Positions 63,821-64,000 of a stretch of DNA of 64,000 bases are shown here, piece after piece. Source of the DNA: Antedon mediterranea. Its lineage: Eukaryota; Animalia; Echinodermata. Location: NCBI RefSeq assembly GCF_964355755.1, contig NC_092672.1, forward strand, positions 7,316,001 through 7,380,000. The letters run 5' to 3'. Within the stretch, counting starts at the first letter, position 1, and each line of letters begins with the position of its first letter. The notes below the pieces were generated by a model. It searched no databases. It was not told the origin of the DNA and saw only the letters and a list, made by a program, of their open reading frames with translations. Made by a program: the position numbers and the translations under genes.

Positions 63821-64000
63821 CTGAAAAAACAACAACAAATAACAATGAAACATATTGTAATATTTACAATAATTTTAACTGAAATGATAACCTATGCCAG
63901 CCAAATAATTTGAGAAGAATCATGCTGTGGTATTTAAATATCATGAGCAGATGAAAATAAAATTTAATGGATTTTCTATCAACACAAAAACGTTTTGGTT

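Overview
AT-rich, intron-containing animal genomic DNA; the repeat content and motifs suggest a marine invertebrate, possibly an echinoderm (inference). Eight genes could be spliced by hand: an intronless, divergent cyclin-box ORF with a 41-aa N-terminal repeat (+); an alpha-carbonic anhydrase with signal peptide and GPI-type tail (+); an SVOP/SLC22-like MFS transporter (-); MAPK7/ERK5 with an atypical TNY activation loop (-); a small bHLH(-ZIP) gene head-to-head with MAPK7 (+); vitamin K epoxide reductase (+); a theta-class GST ending in the PTS1 tripeptide SKL (+); and the 3' part of SETD1 (-), which has a U12-type AT-AC intron. Introns and intergenic DNA carry many non-autonomous transposons (Harbinger-, Kolobok-, hAT-, Helentron-, IS3EU- and Academ-like, a SINE, LINE relics). 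The most unusual part is 42.1-50.3 kb. It holds a promoter-like segment, a 1.5-kb palindromic 24-bp satellite, a 96-bp tandem array whose every unit is a splice-site-flanked 42-nt micro-exon (DWANEDTD[I/V/L]ICGTA) plus a 54-nt intron, and nested Academ-type elements. No CRISPR, rRNA or tRNA genes are supported. All coordinates were read by eye and no database search was run.
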